NCBI GenBank assembly: GCA_017509755.1
Contig: JAFWOY010000027.1
Coordinates: 1,983 to 65,982, forward strand
DNA: 64,000 nt
Origin: Bacteroidales bacterium
GTDB lineage: Bacteria; Bacteroidota; Bacteroidia; Bacteroidales; UBA932
Direction of reading: 5' to 3'
Shown: positions 1 to 9,251 of the stretch, in pieces
How positions within the stretch are numbered: position 1 is the stretch's first letter
Layout: each line of letters opens with the position of its first letter
Notes under the pieces: model-generated
The model's database searches: none
What the model was told of the DNA's origin: nothing
What the model saw: the letters and a program-made list of their open reading frames with translations, nothing else
Translations under genes and position numbers: made by a program

Positions 1-2
1 TC

Positions 3-1238
3 GGGAAATGGCACCTGGTCAGTGAGCCGACCGGTTTCGACCATTGGGACATTCTTACCGGGCAGGGGGACTACTACAATCCGGTCTTCATTCGCAATGG
101 AGAGCGGATTGTCCGGGAAGGGTATGCGACCGACATAACGACGGACGTCGCGCTGGAATGGCTGGAGAACCGCGATCCGCAAAAACCATTCTGCCTGTTC
201 CTCCACCACAAGGCACCGCACAGGAGCTGGATGCCGGACCTGCAGGACCTGGGAATCTACGACGAGGTGATCTATCCGCTGCCCGACACTTTTTACGATG
301 ATTATGCCGGACGCGAAGCGGCAGGCAAGCAGGAGATGAGTATCCTGGCCGACATGAACATCATCTACGACTTGAAAATGGCTGACCGGGAAAACGAATT
401 CCATACACCCGACAATCCGTCCCTCGAGGCCTATGGCCGCGACTTGTACCGTCGCGATCTCGGCCCCGGCGAATTGGTGCCCGGCCGGATGAATGCTGCC
501 CAGCAGGCGGCCTGGGATGCGTATTACGACCCGATCATCCGCCAGTTCAAGGAGGATCTCGCTTCCGGCCGCCTGGCCGGGAACCGGCTGAATGAATGGA
601 AATACCAGCGTTACATGCACGACTACTGCAGTGTAATCCACAGCGTGGACCGGAACGTGGGCCGGATCTATGATTACCTGGAAGCGCACGGCCTTTTGGC
701 CAATACAATCCTGGTCTATACATCCGACCAGGGCTTCTTCATGGGAGAACACGGCTATTTTGACAAGCGTTTCATGTACGAAGAAAGCTTCCGGACGCCG
801 CTGCTCGTACGGATGCCGGACGGAAAGGGCCGCGGCGATATCGAGGCTTTCGTCCAGAATATCGATTATACGCCCACATTGCTGGAGGCAGCCGGCCTGC
901 CTGTCCCGGATGATATTCAGGGTGAGAGTTTTTTACCGCTGCTGCGCGGCCGCAAGCCTGCCCACTGGCGCAATTCGCTCTATTACCACTATTACGAATA
1001 TCCGGCCGAGCACGCTGTCCGGCGGCATTATGGTGTCAGGACGGCGCGTTACAGCCTGATGCATTTCTATCAGGATATCGACGAATGGGAGCTGTTCGAC
1101 CTGAAGAAGGATCCGCAGCAGCTGAACAACCTCTATGGGAAGCCGGGTATGGAGAAGGTCACGGCCAGACTCCGCAAGGAACTTGTCCGCCTCCAGATAC
1201 AGTATGACGATCCCATACGGGAACGAAACGGTTTCTGA
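3..1238 (+). CDS. Sulfatase (S1 family); N-terminus lies upstream of the window
   Basis: Frame 3 is open from nt 3 (GKWHLVSEPTGFDHWD...LFLHHKAPHRSW) and runs into listed ORF 231..1238. The core YTSDQGFFMGEHGYFDKRFMYEESFRTPLLVRMP is the conserved sulfatase C-terminal region. The next gene is a sulfatase maturase. Confidence 0.85.
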   Translation, partial: GKWHLVSEPTGFDHWDILTGQGDYYNPVFIRNGERIVREGYATDITTDVALEWLENRDPQKPFCLFLHHKAPHRSWMPDLQDLGIYDEVIYPLPDTFYDDYAGREAAGKQEMSILADMNIIYDLKMADRENEFHTPDNPSLEAYGRDLYRRDLGPGELVPGRMNAAQQAAWDAYYDPIIRQFKEDLASGRLAGNRLNEWKYQRYMHDYCSVIHSVDRNVGRIYDYLEAHGLLANTILVYTSDQGFFMGEHGYFDKRFMYEESFRTPLLVRMPDGKGRGDIEAFVQNIDYTPTLLEAAGLPVPDDIQGESFLPLLRGRKPAHWRNSLYYHYYEYPAEHAVRRHYGVRTARYSLMHFYQDIDEWELFDLKKDPQQLNNLYGKPGMEKVTARLRKELVRLQIQYDDPIRERNGF

Positions 1239-2401
1239 TGCCTGGCTCCGTCCGCACCATCGACTTGCGGGATGCCGCCCGGATGCAGGAGCCTGCATCC
1301 GTCCAGTTCATGGTCAAGCCTGAAGGCTCCCGCTGCAATCTGGACTGCAGATACTGCTACTACCTGTCACTGGCCGGTGCTGAACAGTCAGCGAGGATGT
1401 CTGAAGCCCTGCTCGAGAAAATAATCCGGGAAGTGGGACAGACGGATGAAATCGCTGAAATCACTTTCACCTGGCACGGCGGTGAGCCGTTGCTTGCCGG
1501 TCTTCCGTTCTACCGCCGCGCCGTCCGCCTGCAACGCCGGTATGCCTCTCGAAAGCGAATTTTCAACACGATCCAGACAAACGGGACGCTCCTCAATCCG
1601 GAATGGGCTTCCTTTTTTCGAGACAATGCTTTCCTGGTCGGCCTTTCGCTCGACGGGCCCGGGGATATCCACGATTCATTCCGGAAAGACAGAGGCGGTC
1701 ATGCCACCTTCAGCCGCGTGATGCGCGGGCTGGACTGTCTGCTGCAGGCCGGCACGCCTTTCAACACCCTTTCCGCAGTCAGCGCACGAAGTCAGGGCAG
1801 GGGACAGGAGACCTATCGTTTCCTGCGGGATGCCGGCAGCCGCTATTTGCAGTTCCTGCCCGTTTCGGAGCCGGGCAATGCGCCATGCAACATTACCGGC
1901 GAAGGGTTCGGCCGCTTCCTCTGCGATGTTTTCGACCAGTGGGTGAAACGGGATGTCGGGGAAATCTTCGTCAGCCAGTTTGACGCTGCACTCTGCTGCT
2001 GGTGCGGTCTCCCGCCCGGAACCTGCGTATTCGCACGGACCTGCGCGGATACCCTGACCATCGACTGGAATGGCGATGTATATGCTTGCGACCATTTCAA
2101 GGATGCGGCGCATCGCCTGGGCAACCTGGCCGAGCATTCGCTCTCTGGGATGCTGTCGGATCCGCGCCGGATACATTTTGTCACAGCGAAGTCCGACTTG
2201 CTGCCACCGGCCTGCCGCGCGTGTCCCTGGCTGCCTGCCTGCCAGGGAGAATGTCCGCAGCACCGGGACGGGAAGGGAAACCGCCTTTGCGAAGGATACA
2301 AGATCTTCTTCGCACATACCGCTCCGTATTTCGACCGGATGCGCGCACTGCTGGAAGCGGGGAAAGACGCAGCTGAAATAATGCGGGAAATTCGGAACTG
2401 A
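1238..2401 (+). CDS. Anaerobic sulfatase-maturating enzyme (radical SAM/SPASM)
   Basis: Radical-SAM motif CNLDCRYCYY (CxxxCxxC) near the N-terminus. Cys-rich SPASM-like C-terminal half (CVFARTC, CDHF, CRACPWLPACQGECPQH). The ATG overlaps the sulfatase stop (TGATG); ATG 1283 is an alternative start. Confidence 0.85.
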   Translation: MPGSVRTIDLRDAARMQEPASVQFMVKPEGSRCNLDCRYCYYLSLAGAEQSARMSEALLEKIIREVGQTDEIAEITFTWHGGEPLLAGLPFYRRAVRLQRRYASRKRIFNTIQTNGTLLNPEWASFFRDNAFLVGLSLDGPGDIHDSFRKDRGGHATFSRVMRGLDCLLQAGTPFNTLSAVSARSQGRGQETYRFLRDAGSRYLQFLPVSEPGNAPCNITGEGFGRFLCDVFDQWVKRDVGEIFVSQFDAALCCWCGLPPGTCVFARTCADTLTIDWNGDVYACDHFKDAAHRLGNLAEHSLSGMLSDPRRIHFVTAKSDLLPPACRACPWLPACQGECPQHRDGKGNRLCEGYKIFFAHTAPYFDRMRALLEAGKDAAEIMREIRN

Positions 2402-2416
2402 ACGCGGAAAATTCGT

Positions 2417-2424
2417 TACATTTG
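2417..2424 (+). promoter_or_regulatory. Candidate Bacteroidota -7 promoter element TAnnTTTG (TACATTTG) for cstA
   Basis: Exact match to the TAnnTTTG consensus described for Bacteroides primary-sigma promoters, 19 nt upstream of ATG 2444. Confidence 0.4.
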
Positions 2425-2443
2425 TTGTGCTAAACCTGCGAAT

Positions 2444-3913
2444 ATGATTTCTTTCATCCTGGCCCTGCTGGCCCTGGTAGCCGGCTATTTCTTCTACGGA
2501 CGTTTTGTGGAGCGGGTTTTCGGCCCGGACGACCGGCCGACACCGGCCGTTGCCAAGGCTGATGGCGTGGATTTCGCCGTCTTGCCGTCCTGGAAGATAT
2601 TCATGATCCAATTCCTCAACATTGCCGGCACGGGGCCGATTTTCGGCGCCATCATGGGCGCGAAGTTCGGTCCGGCAGCCTACCTCTGGATTGTTTTTGG
2701 CTGCATCTTCGCCGGAGCGGTGCATGACTACCTGTCCGGCATGCTGTCTGTCCGGCATGGCGGCGCCAATCTGCCGGAGATGATCGGCACCTATCTGGGC
2801 AAGACGACGAAGAATGTGATGCTCATTTTTTCAATCTTCCTGCTGATGATGGTGGGGGCCGTGTTTGTGTTCAGTCCGGCCAAAATCCTGGGCGGTATCT
2901 GGGAGCCGGCCTTCGCAGTCGAGCATTTCGGCCGATACAGTTTCTGGATCGCCATCGTCTTTATCTACTATATCATCGCCACCATGTTGCCGGTTGGCAA
3001 GATCATCGGGCGCATCTATCCGCTTTTCGCATTTGCTTTGATTTTCATGGCTGTAGCGCTGATGGTTGTTCTGTTTGTCAAATTCCCCGATATCCCGGAA
3101 GTGTGGGAGGGCCTGAAGAGCACGCCGAGCGGCGCACTGACCAGCAATCCGATTTTTCCCTGTCTGTTCATCTCCATAGCTTGCGGCGCTATCAGTGGAT
3201 TCCATGCCACCCAAAGCCCGCTGATGGCCCGTTGCATCAAGCATGAGAAGATGGGGCGCCCCATTTTCTATGGAGCCATGATTACGGAAGGCGCTGTGGC
3301 ATTGATTTGGGCCACAGTGGCCAGCTACTTTTTCTATGGGAAACCGGAGCCGGCGTTCCAGCTGCTTCCGGGTGGTGCAGAAGCCATCGGCGATGCACCT
3401 TCCATCGTCAATCTGGTGTGCCGGGAATGGCTGGGTGTGTTCGGCGGTATCCTGGCTCTGCTGGGAGTCGTGGCTGCCCCGATCACGAGCGGCGATACGG
3501 CTCTGCGCAGCGCACGCCTGATTATAGCGGACTTCCTGAAACTCGAGCAACGCACGGTCCGGAAACGTCTCTATATCTGCATCCCGTTGTTTGCGGCTGT
3601 CTTCGCGCTGCTGATGTGGCAGATGAACAATGCATCCGGTTTTGAAAAACTCTGGGGCTGGTTCGGCTGGTCCAATCAGGCGCTGTCCGTGTTTACCTTA
3701 TGGACTTTGACCGTGTATTTGTCGCTGGAGAAAAAGCCTTATTGGATCACATTGGTTCCAGCCCTTTTCATGACCTGGGTCTGTACGACCTTCTTCATGT
3801 TCTCGCCCAATTCTTTGGGCTTGAACCTCTATCTATCGTACGGTATCGGCTTTGCTGCCGTAATCATTGCAGTTGTCTGGTTTGCTTCCTGGCACCGGAA
3901 GCGTTGCCGCTGA
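2444..3913 (+). CDS. cstA: Carbon starvation protein CstA family transporter
   Basis: 489-aa polytopic membrane protein. The N-terminus MISFILALLALVAGYFFYGRFVERVFGPDD and FLNIAGTGPIFGAIMGAKFGP fit the CstA family pattern. Confidence 0.8.
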   Translation: MISFILALLALVAGYFFYGRFVERVFGPDDRPTPAVAKADGVDFAVLPSWKIFMIQFLNIAGTGPIFGAIMGAKFGPAAYLWIVFGCIFAGAVHDYLSGMLSVRHGGANLPEMIGTYLGKTTKNVMLIFSIFLLMMVGAVFVFSPAKILGGIWEPAFAVEHFGRYSFWIAIVFIYYIIATMLPVGKIIGRIYPLFAFALIFMAVALMVVLFVKFPDIPEVWEGLKSTPSGALTSNPIFPCLFISIACGAISGFHATQSPLMARCIKHEKMGRPIFYGAMITEGAVALIWATVASYFFYGKPEPAFQLLPGGAEAIGDAPSIVNLVCREWLGVFGGILALLGVVAAPITSGDTALRSARLIIADFLKLEQRTVRKRLYICIPLFAAVFALLMWQMNNASGFEKLWGWFGWSNQALSVFTLWTLTVYLSLEKKPYWITLVPALFMTWVCTTFFMFSPNSLGLNLYLSYGIGFAAVIIAVVWFASWHRKRCR

Positions 3914-4799
3914 CCTGGCTGTTGCGGTATTGCTGCGGCGAGAGGCCGGTCTTGCCGGTAAACAGCCGCGTGAAGTGGTTGGCGTAGGCGAAACCCAGTT
4001 CTTCCGCAATGGCACCGACTGGCATGGAGGTGCTGGACAGGAGTTTTTGAGCGGCCTGAATGATTTTGCCCTGAATGAATTCCTGTGCCGAGATGTGTAG
4101 TTCGCGTTTGACCAGGGAACTGAAGTAATTGGGTGACAGATTGAATTGCTCCGCGCACCAGCTGACGGTAGGCTGGCCCTGCTGCGCGGCGCTGCCGCTG
4201 GAAAGATAGTGGTCGATTATCGTGTCGAGCCGGCGACCCAGATTGCGTCCCGACGCGACCCGCTCAATATACTGACGCTCGAAGAAGCGCTTGCAGTAAC
4301 TCAACAACTGCCCGATGGAAAGGCGGATCATGTGATTGGTCAGGTAGTCCGGCTCCTGCAGCAACTCGGAAAAAGTGTTTTCAAAACAGTTCACCATGAT
4401 GCCGCGCTCCCGCTCTGTGAGTTCCAGGGCGGACGAGACTTCGTGATTGAAGAAATCGAACATGTAGAAGTCGCGCCCCAGTCCCGATTTGACCAGCAGC
4501 TCCGGACGGAAGGCCAGCATCCAGCCACGGGGTTTGACCGTATAATCCCGCCTGAGGGCGGCTCGCTGCCCGGGTTTCAGGGAAAAGATACTGCCGCTCT
4601 GATAGTGGATTTGCTGCCCGTTTTTGAACAAGTCCCCGAAGGACGCATCCATCAGGATCACACAGTACATGCCGAAATCCTGTTCTTCATAAAGCGCATC
4701 GTCAGCGCGGGACAAGTCGCCCACAGCGACCATCGGGTGCAAGGAGGGCTGGTGAAAATAGTGGTTGAACGTGTCGATGCTGGAAGTGGTTTGTGTCAT
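3864..4799 (-). CDS. AraC family transcriptional regulator
   Basis: C-terminal AraC/XylS double HTH (SWCAEQFNLSPNYFSSLVKRELHISAQEFIQGKII ... AEELGFAYANHFTRLFTGKTGLSPQQYR). Divergent from tnaA. Its last 50 nt overlap the cstA 3' end on the opposite strand. Confidence 0.85.
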   Translation of the reverse strand: MTQTTSSIDTFNHYFHQPSLHPMVAVGDLSRADDALYEEQDFGMYCVILMDASFGDLFKNGQQIHYQSGSIFSLKPGQRAALRRDYTVKPRGWMLAFRPELLVKSGLGRDFYMFDFFNHEVSSALELTERERGIMVNCFENTFSELLQEPDYLTNHMIRLSIGQLLSYCKRFFERQYIERVASGRNLGRRLDTIIDHYLSSGSAAQQGQPTVSWCAEQFNLSPNYFSSLVKRELHISAQEFIQGKIIQAAQKLLSSTSMPVGAIAEELGFAYANHFTRLFTGKTGLSPQQYRNSQVSGNASGARKQTRQLQ

Positions 4800-4819
4800 G
4801 GCCTTGGCAATTACTGGAG

Positions 4820-4827
4820 CAAATATA
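4820..4827 (-). promoter_or_regulatory. Candidate -7 element (TATATTTG on minus strand) for the AraC gene
   Basis: The plus strand reads CAAATATA, 20 nt upstream of ATG 4799. Confidence 0.35.
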
Positions 4828-4944
4828 GAGAAATCCTGTCAAATACTGTAATTTTGGTAGGGGATAAAGGTAAGAATTATAAAAATCGTTGAAAATGGTA
4901 GATATTAACTGAATTTGGTTAACGGCTGCTACTGGTTGGACACG

Positions 4945-4952
4945 TACTTTTG
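4945..4952 (+). promoter_or_regulatory. Candidate -7 element TACTTTTG for tnaA
   Basis: TAnnTTTG match 33 nt upstream of ATG 4986. Confidence 0.35.
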
Positions 4953-4985
4953 CTCCTGCAAACGAAACAAACAAAACCTACCGAT

Positions 4986-6434
4986 ATGTCAGTCAAATTC
5001 TACATCTCCGAGAACCAGGTCCCCCTGGAAATGCACAAGGTGCGTGTCGTTCAGAAACTCAATCTGCTTCCTGTCGAACAACGGCTGAAAGCCATCCAGG
5101 ATGCCGGCAACAATACATTCCTGCTCCAAAACCGGGATATTTATATGGACATGATCACCGATTCGGGCGTCAACGCGATGTCGGACAAACAGGTGGCAGC
5201 CATGCATATCGCAGATGATTCCTATGCTGGATCGGAGACTTTCAACCGGCTCAAAGAGGCCGTGAAGGAAGTATTCGGTGTCGATAATGTGTTGCCCGCG
5301 CACCAGGGGCGTGCCGCGGAAAACATCCTGGCCGAGTCGTTTGTCAAACCCGGTTCTTTCGCACTGATGAATTTCCATTTCACGACGACCAAGGCGCATA
5401 TCACGCGTCTGGGCGGGGAAGTGCTGGAACTCATTGACAAGAAAGGCCTGATTCCGCAGAGTGACGACCCGTTCAAGGGTAACTTCGACCTCAAGAAGCT
5501 GCGGGCCACCATCAAGGAAAAAACGCCCGAAAAAGTGGCGTTCGTGCGCGTAGAGGCCGGCACGAACCTCATCGGCGGCCAGCCCGTCAGTTTGGAAAAC
5601 ATGTTGGCTGTCTGCGATATCTGCCATGAGATGGGAGTAATCAGCGTACTGGACGCCTCGCTCCTGCAGGACAATGTCTATTTCATGAAGATTCGGGAGC
5701 CACGCTGCAAGTACATGGACGTCAAATCGATTTATCAGTTGCTGGCCAGCCGCTTCGACATCATCTATTTCTCGGCCCGCAAACTGGGCTTCAGCCGGGG
5801 TGGTTTCATCCTCTCGACCGACCGCAAGTGGACCGACCGGATGATGGAGTTCGTGCCGCTGTATGAAGGCTTCCTGACGTATGGTGGCATGGAGGTGCGC
5901 TCCATCGAAGCGGCTGCGCAAGGGTTGATCGAGTCGCTGGACATGGACTACATCAATCAGGGTCCTGAATTCATCGCCTATCTGGCTAAGGAGTTGGATG
6001 ATTATGGGGTGCCCGTCATCAAGCCTGCAGGCGGTCTGGGCTGCCACTTGAATTGCTCGGAATTTGTACCCGACCTGCCGCATGACCAATATCCAGCCGC
6101 GGCGGTAGGTGCAGCTGTTTTCATTGCGGGCGGTATCCGTGGCATGGAGCGGGGTACCGTGTCCGAGCAACGCAACCCCGACGGCTCTGAGCGCTTTGCC
6201 GAGCTGGAATTGCAGCGCCTGGCCGTTCCGCGCCGCGTCTTCACGCTCAGCCAGATCAAATACTGTGCGGACCGCGTGAAATGGGTATGGGACAACCGGC
6301 GCCTGATCGGCGGCCTCCGCTGGACGTATGAGCCCAATGTCCTGCGCTTCTTCTTCGGACGGATGAAAGAGATCGGCTATTGGCAGGAAGAGTTGACCGC
6401 CCAGTTCAAGGAAGATTTCGGCGACAGCCTCTAG
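4986..6434 (+). CDS. tnaA: Tryptophanase-type beta-eliminating lyase (PLP-dependent)
   Basis: 482 aa from ATG 4986 (the ORF-track start at 4950 is TTG). Motifs DSGVNAMSDKQVAAM and YFSARKLGFSRGG (PLP-lysine region equivalent to SAKKD of TnaA). I cannot separate tryptophanase from tyrosine phenol-lyase by eye. Confidence 0.75.
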   Translation: MSVKFYISENQVPLEMHKVRVVQKLNLLPVEQRLKAIQDAGNNTFLLQNRDIYMDMITDSGVNAMSDKQVAAMHIADDSYAGSETFNRLKEAVKEVFGVDNVLPAHQGRAAENILAESFVKPGSFALMNFHFTTTKAHITRLGGEVLELIDKKGLIPQSDDPFKGNFDLKKLRATIKEKTPEKVAFVRVEAGTNLIGGQPVSLENMLAVCDICHEMGVISVLDASLLQDNVYFMKIREPRCKYMDVKSIYQLLASRFDIIYFSARKLGFSRGGFILSTDRKWTDRMMEFVPLYEGFLTYGGMEVRSIEAAAQGLIESLDMDYINQGPEFIAYLAKELDDYGVPVIKPAGGLGCHLNCSEFVPDLPHDQYPAAAVGAAVFIAGGIRGMERGTVSEQRNPDGSERFAELELQRLAVPRRVFTLSQIKYCADRVKWVWDNRRLIGGLRWTYEPNVLRFFFGRMKEIGYWQEELTAQFKEDFGDSL

Positions 6435-7867
6435 TCTTTCCGGACCAGGGAAACCACATTCTCCACGTGCGTCGTGTGCGGGAACATATCCACCGGCTGC
6501 ACGTGGAGAATCGTATAATGGGGTGCAAAGATGGCCAGGTCGCGGGCCTGGGTGGCTGGATTGCAACTTACATAGACCATCCGCTTGGGCGCACAAGCCA
6601 GCAGAACTTGCGCCACAGAGGGGTGGATACCAGCCCGCGGCGGATCCAGCACGACGATGTCGGGCTGCCCGTGTCCAGCAATGAAGTCGGCATTTAGTAC
6701 ATCTTTCATGTCACCGGCAAAAAAAGCCGTGTTCGTAATGCCATTCTCACGGGCATTGACTTTCGCATCTTCAATGGCTTCCGGAACATATTCGATACCA
6801 ACAACCTGACGGGCCAGGGAGGCGAGGAAAAGGGCGATGGTGCCGGTGCCGGTATATAAGTCGTAAATGACCGGTGCCGGACTTTCCGTTTCAATGCCTT
6901 CCCGGACAAAATCGCGCACGACGCTGTAGAGCCGGTATGCCTGGGCTGAGTTGGTCTGGTAGAAAGATTTGGGACCGATTTTGAAATGCAGGTTCTCCAT
7001 CTTTTCATAGACGGCTTCCGCACCACTGTACAGGGTACAGGGCAAGTCGCTGAAGTTGTCATTTCCTTTCGGATTGATGACATAATAGAGCGAAGTAATC
7101 TCGGGGAAACGGGTTCTCACTGCATCCAGCAGGGCTTCACGGGCAGGACGGGCCTCTTCGCCCTGGGCTTCGCCGCCAAAGCAGATGACAAGCATATTTT
7201 CGCCTGTGGACGTTGTCCGGACGACCATCGTGCGCAGGAAACCCCGGTTTTCCCGCAGATCGTAGAAACTGAGCCCATGGCCGATGGCGTATTGGCGGAT
7301 GAACAAGCGGATGGCATTGGAAGGTTCGCGTTGCAAATGACATTCCCGGATGTCCAATACTTTGTCGAAGAAGCCACTTACGTGGAAGCCCAGTCCAAGC
7401 CGTTCCTCGTCATTGAGAACGCTCCAGTCTTCGCCCGGCAAGAGCCAGCGCCGGTTCGAGAAGGTATATTCCAACTTGTTGCGGTAATGGTCCGTTTTTG
7501 CAGAACCGAGAATCGGAGATACTTCGGGAATGTCCAGATGCCCGATGCGGGTGAGCTGGTCCACGACCTGCTGCTGCTTGAAAGCGGTCTGCATCGGATA
7601 GGGCAGGGTCTGCCAGGTGCAGCCTCCACATTCACCGAAGTGCTGGCAGAACGGAACCAGACGGTGCGGAGAAGGGGATACGAGGTGGACGATATACCCT
7701 TGCGAATAGCCGCTGCGCACTTTGTTGACCTGCACATCCACGATATCGCCGGGGATACCCCCTTTCACAAAAAGGACCTTGCCGTCCACATGTGCCAGGC
7801 CGTTGCCTTCCGCAGCGGTCGCTTCGATTGCAATCTGTTCCAAATACGGTTTTTTCTGTCTGCCCAT
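6431..7867 (-). CDS. rlmD: 23S rRNA (uracil-C5)-methyltransferase RlmD/RumA
   Basis: TRAM-like N-terminus, Fe-S cysteine cluster FCQHFGECGGCTWQ, SAM-MTase motifs DLYTGTGTIALFLA and VVLDPPRAG, catalytic-Cys region YVSCNPATQARD. Confidence 0.85.
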   Translation of the reverse strand: MGRQKKPYLEQIAIEATAAEGNGLAHVDGKVLFVKGGIPGDIVDVQVNKVRSGYSQGYIVHLVSPSPHRLVPFCQHFGECGGCTWQTLPYPMQTAFKQQQVVDQLTRIGHLDIPEVSPILGSAKTDHYRNKLEYTFSNRRWLLPGEDWSVLNDEERLGLGFHVSGFFDKVLDIRECHLQREPSNAIRLFIRQYAIGHGLSFYDLRENRGFLRTMVVRTTSTGENMLVICFGGEAQGEEARPAREALLDAVRTRFPEITSLYYVINPKGNDNFSDLPCTLYSGAEAVYEKMENLHFKIGPKSFYQTNSAQAYRLYSVVRDFVREGIETESPAPVIYDLYTGTGTIALFLASLARQVVGIEYVPEAIEDAKVNARENGITNTAFFAGDMKDVLNADFIAGHGQPDIVVLDPPRAGIHPSVAQVLLACAPKRMVYVSCNPATQARDLAIFAPHYTILHVQPVDMFPHTTHVENVVSLVRKD

Positions 7868-7950
7868 ACGCTTTGCTATGCTTTTTCAAGGAAGGAACGG
7901 TACTTTTCGTGCATCCCGAACTGAATCGCAAATATAAGCAAAGAATTTCG

Positions 7951-7958
7951 TATATTTG
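7951..7958 (+). promoter_or_regulatory. Candidate -7 element TATATTTG
   Basis: TAnnTTTG match 19 nt upstream of ATG 7978. Confidence 0.4.
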
Positions 7959-7977
7959 AAGGTATAAAACACGCATC

Positions 7978-9246
7978 ATGAAACGTACCTTAACCCTGCT
8001 GCTTGCCTTTCTTGTCGCGCTTCCCTCGATCTTCGCGCAAGAAACGCCGGATTATCTGCAAATCACCGGCAAGGTGGTTGATGGCTCTTCCGGGAAGCCG
8101 ATCCACTACGCTTCCGTCAATCTGGCCGGGACCAATATAGCCAATGTGACCAATGCTGAAGGCATCTTCAGCCTGAAAGTCGATCCGCGGACGGCCTCTT
8201 CGGCCCTCGTGACGGTCAGCCATCTCGGCTACGCAACGGTGACCCTCAAGTTGTCGGATTTTGAGTCTTTCACACCCGATAAGCCCCGCAAAATCTCGTT
8301 GACTCCGATTTCGATCACCCTTGACCCTGCCCTCATCCGGGCCCAGAATCCGGAGGAATTGGTCCTGGCCGCGCTTTACCGGATCAAACAGAACTATCCC
8401 ACCACGCACGTCGGCATGACGGCCTTTTACCGGGAACTCATCAAAAAAGGGAATACGAAGTACCTGACCATGAACGAGGCGATCCTCGATATCGACAAGG
8501 CGCCGTACGGCTCCTTCCAGATGGACCGGGTCGGTATCTACAAAGGCCGCGGGAGCCAGAATTATGATTCTTCGGATACACTGTTCATCCGATATCAGGG
8601 AGGCGTGGTCTCCATTCTGGAGATTGACCAGGCGAAGAACCCGTTTGCGCTGGTCGGTATCGGCGAGTTGGTGCGTTACTATGATTTCAAGTCCGAACCG
8701 GCTGAATTCCTGGGCGAACGGATGTATTATGTGGTTTCTTTCAACCAGAAGCCCATCATGGAAGAGATCTATATGCGCGGCAAGGTTTTCATCGACAGCG
8801 AAAGCCTGGCGATCGGCCGTGTCGAGATGTGGATGAATGTAGAGGGGCGGGAAGATGCCGCGGACATTTTCGTACTCAAGCGACCGCAGAACACGCGCTT
8901 TGAAGTCAAGAGCGCCGAATATGTCGTCAACTACAAGCTTTATGACGGCAAATGGTATTATGACTATGCCAAGATGGAACTGAAGTTCGAGACCCGCCGC
9001 AAGCGCGCCTTGTTCAAGAACAGCTATTCCGTCATGTCGGAGATTGCCATCACCGACCATAAACCTGCGCCTGTTCCGATTGAAAAAGATGCCCGCGTCA
9101 AGTTCCGGGACCAGATGACCGAGAAAGTGTCCGCATTCACCGACGACAATTTCTGGGAAAACTACAACGTGATCGAACCGGATGCCGACATTGAAGCTGT
9201 CATCCGCAAGATCGTCCGCCAACTGAAAAAACACAATCTAGAATAA
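7978..9246 (+). CDS. Carboxypeptidase-regulatory-like domain protein (secreted)
   Basis: Signal peptide. ITGKVVDGSSGKPIHYASVNLAGTNIANVTNAEGIFSLKV is the CarboxypepD_reg-type beta-sandwich pattern. Confidence 0.75.
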   Translation: MKRTLTLLLAFLVALPSIFAQETPDYLQITGKVVDGSSGKPIHYASVNLAGTNIANVTNAEGIFSLKVDPRTASSALVTVSHLGYATVTLKLSDFESFTPDKPRKISLTPISITLDPALIRAQNPEELVLAALYRIKQNYPTTHVGMTAFYRELIKKGNTKYLTMNEAILDIDKAPYGSFQMDRVGIYKGRGSQNYDSSDTLFIRYQGGVVSILEIDQAKNPFALVGIGELVRYYDFKSEPAEFLGERMYYVVSFNQKPIMEEIYMRGKVFIDSESLAIGRVEMWMNVEGREDAADIFVLKRPQNTRFEVKSAEYVVNYKLYDGKWYYDYAKMELKFETRRKRALFKNSYSVMSEIAITDHKPAPVPIEKDARVKFRDQMTEKVSAFTDDNFWENYNVIEPDADIEAVIRKIVRQLKKHNLE

Positions 9247-9251
9247 TTTGT

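Noticed and set aside
6431-6434. Shared palindromic CTAG stop codons of convergent genes (tnaA/rlmD here; TlpA-like/PrsW-like at 46932-46935), and the 50-nt convergent cstA/AraC overlap at 3864-3913.
   Set aside because: These are real in the sequence but are best explained as compact gene packing. No additional structure was detected, so they are not reported as findings.
4989-6596. 535-aa ORF antisense to tnaA. Similar long antisense ORFs lie at 1676-2758, 7990-9234, 32001-33263, 42717-44267, 45268-46830, 49483-51411 and 61899-63917.
   Set aside because: Each lies fully opposite a gene with strong family motifs. Their translations are Arg/Gly/His/Asp-rich and low in complexity, with no motifs. 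Stop-poor antisense frames are expected in GC-rich coding DNA, so these are shadow ORFs.
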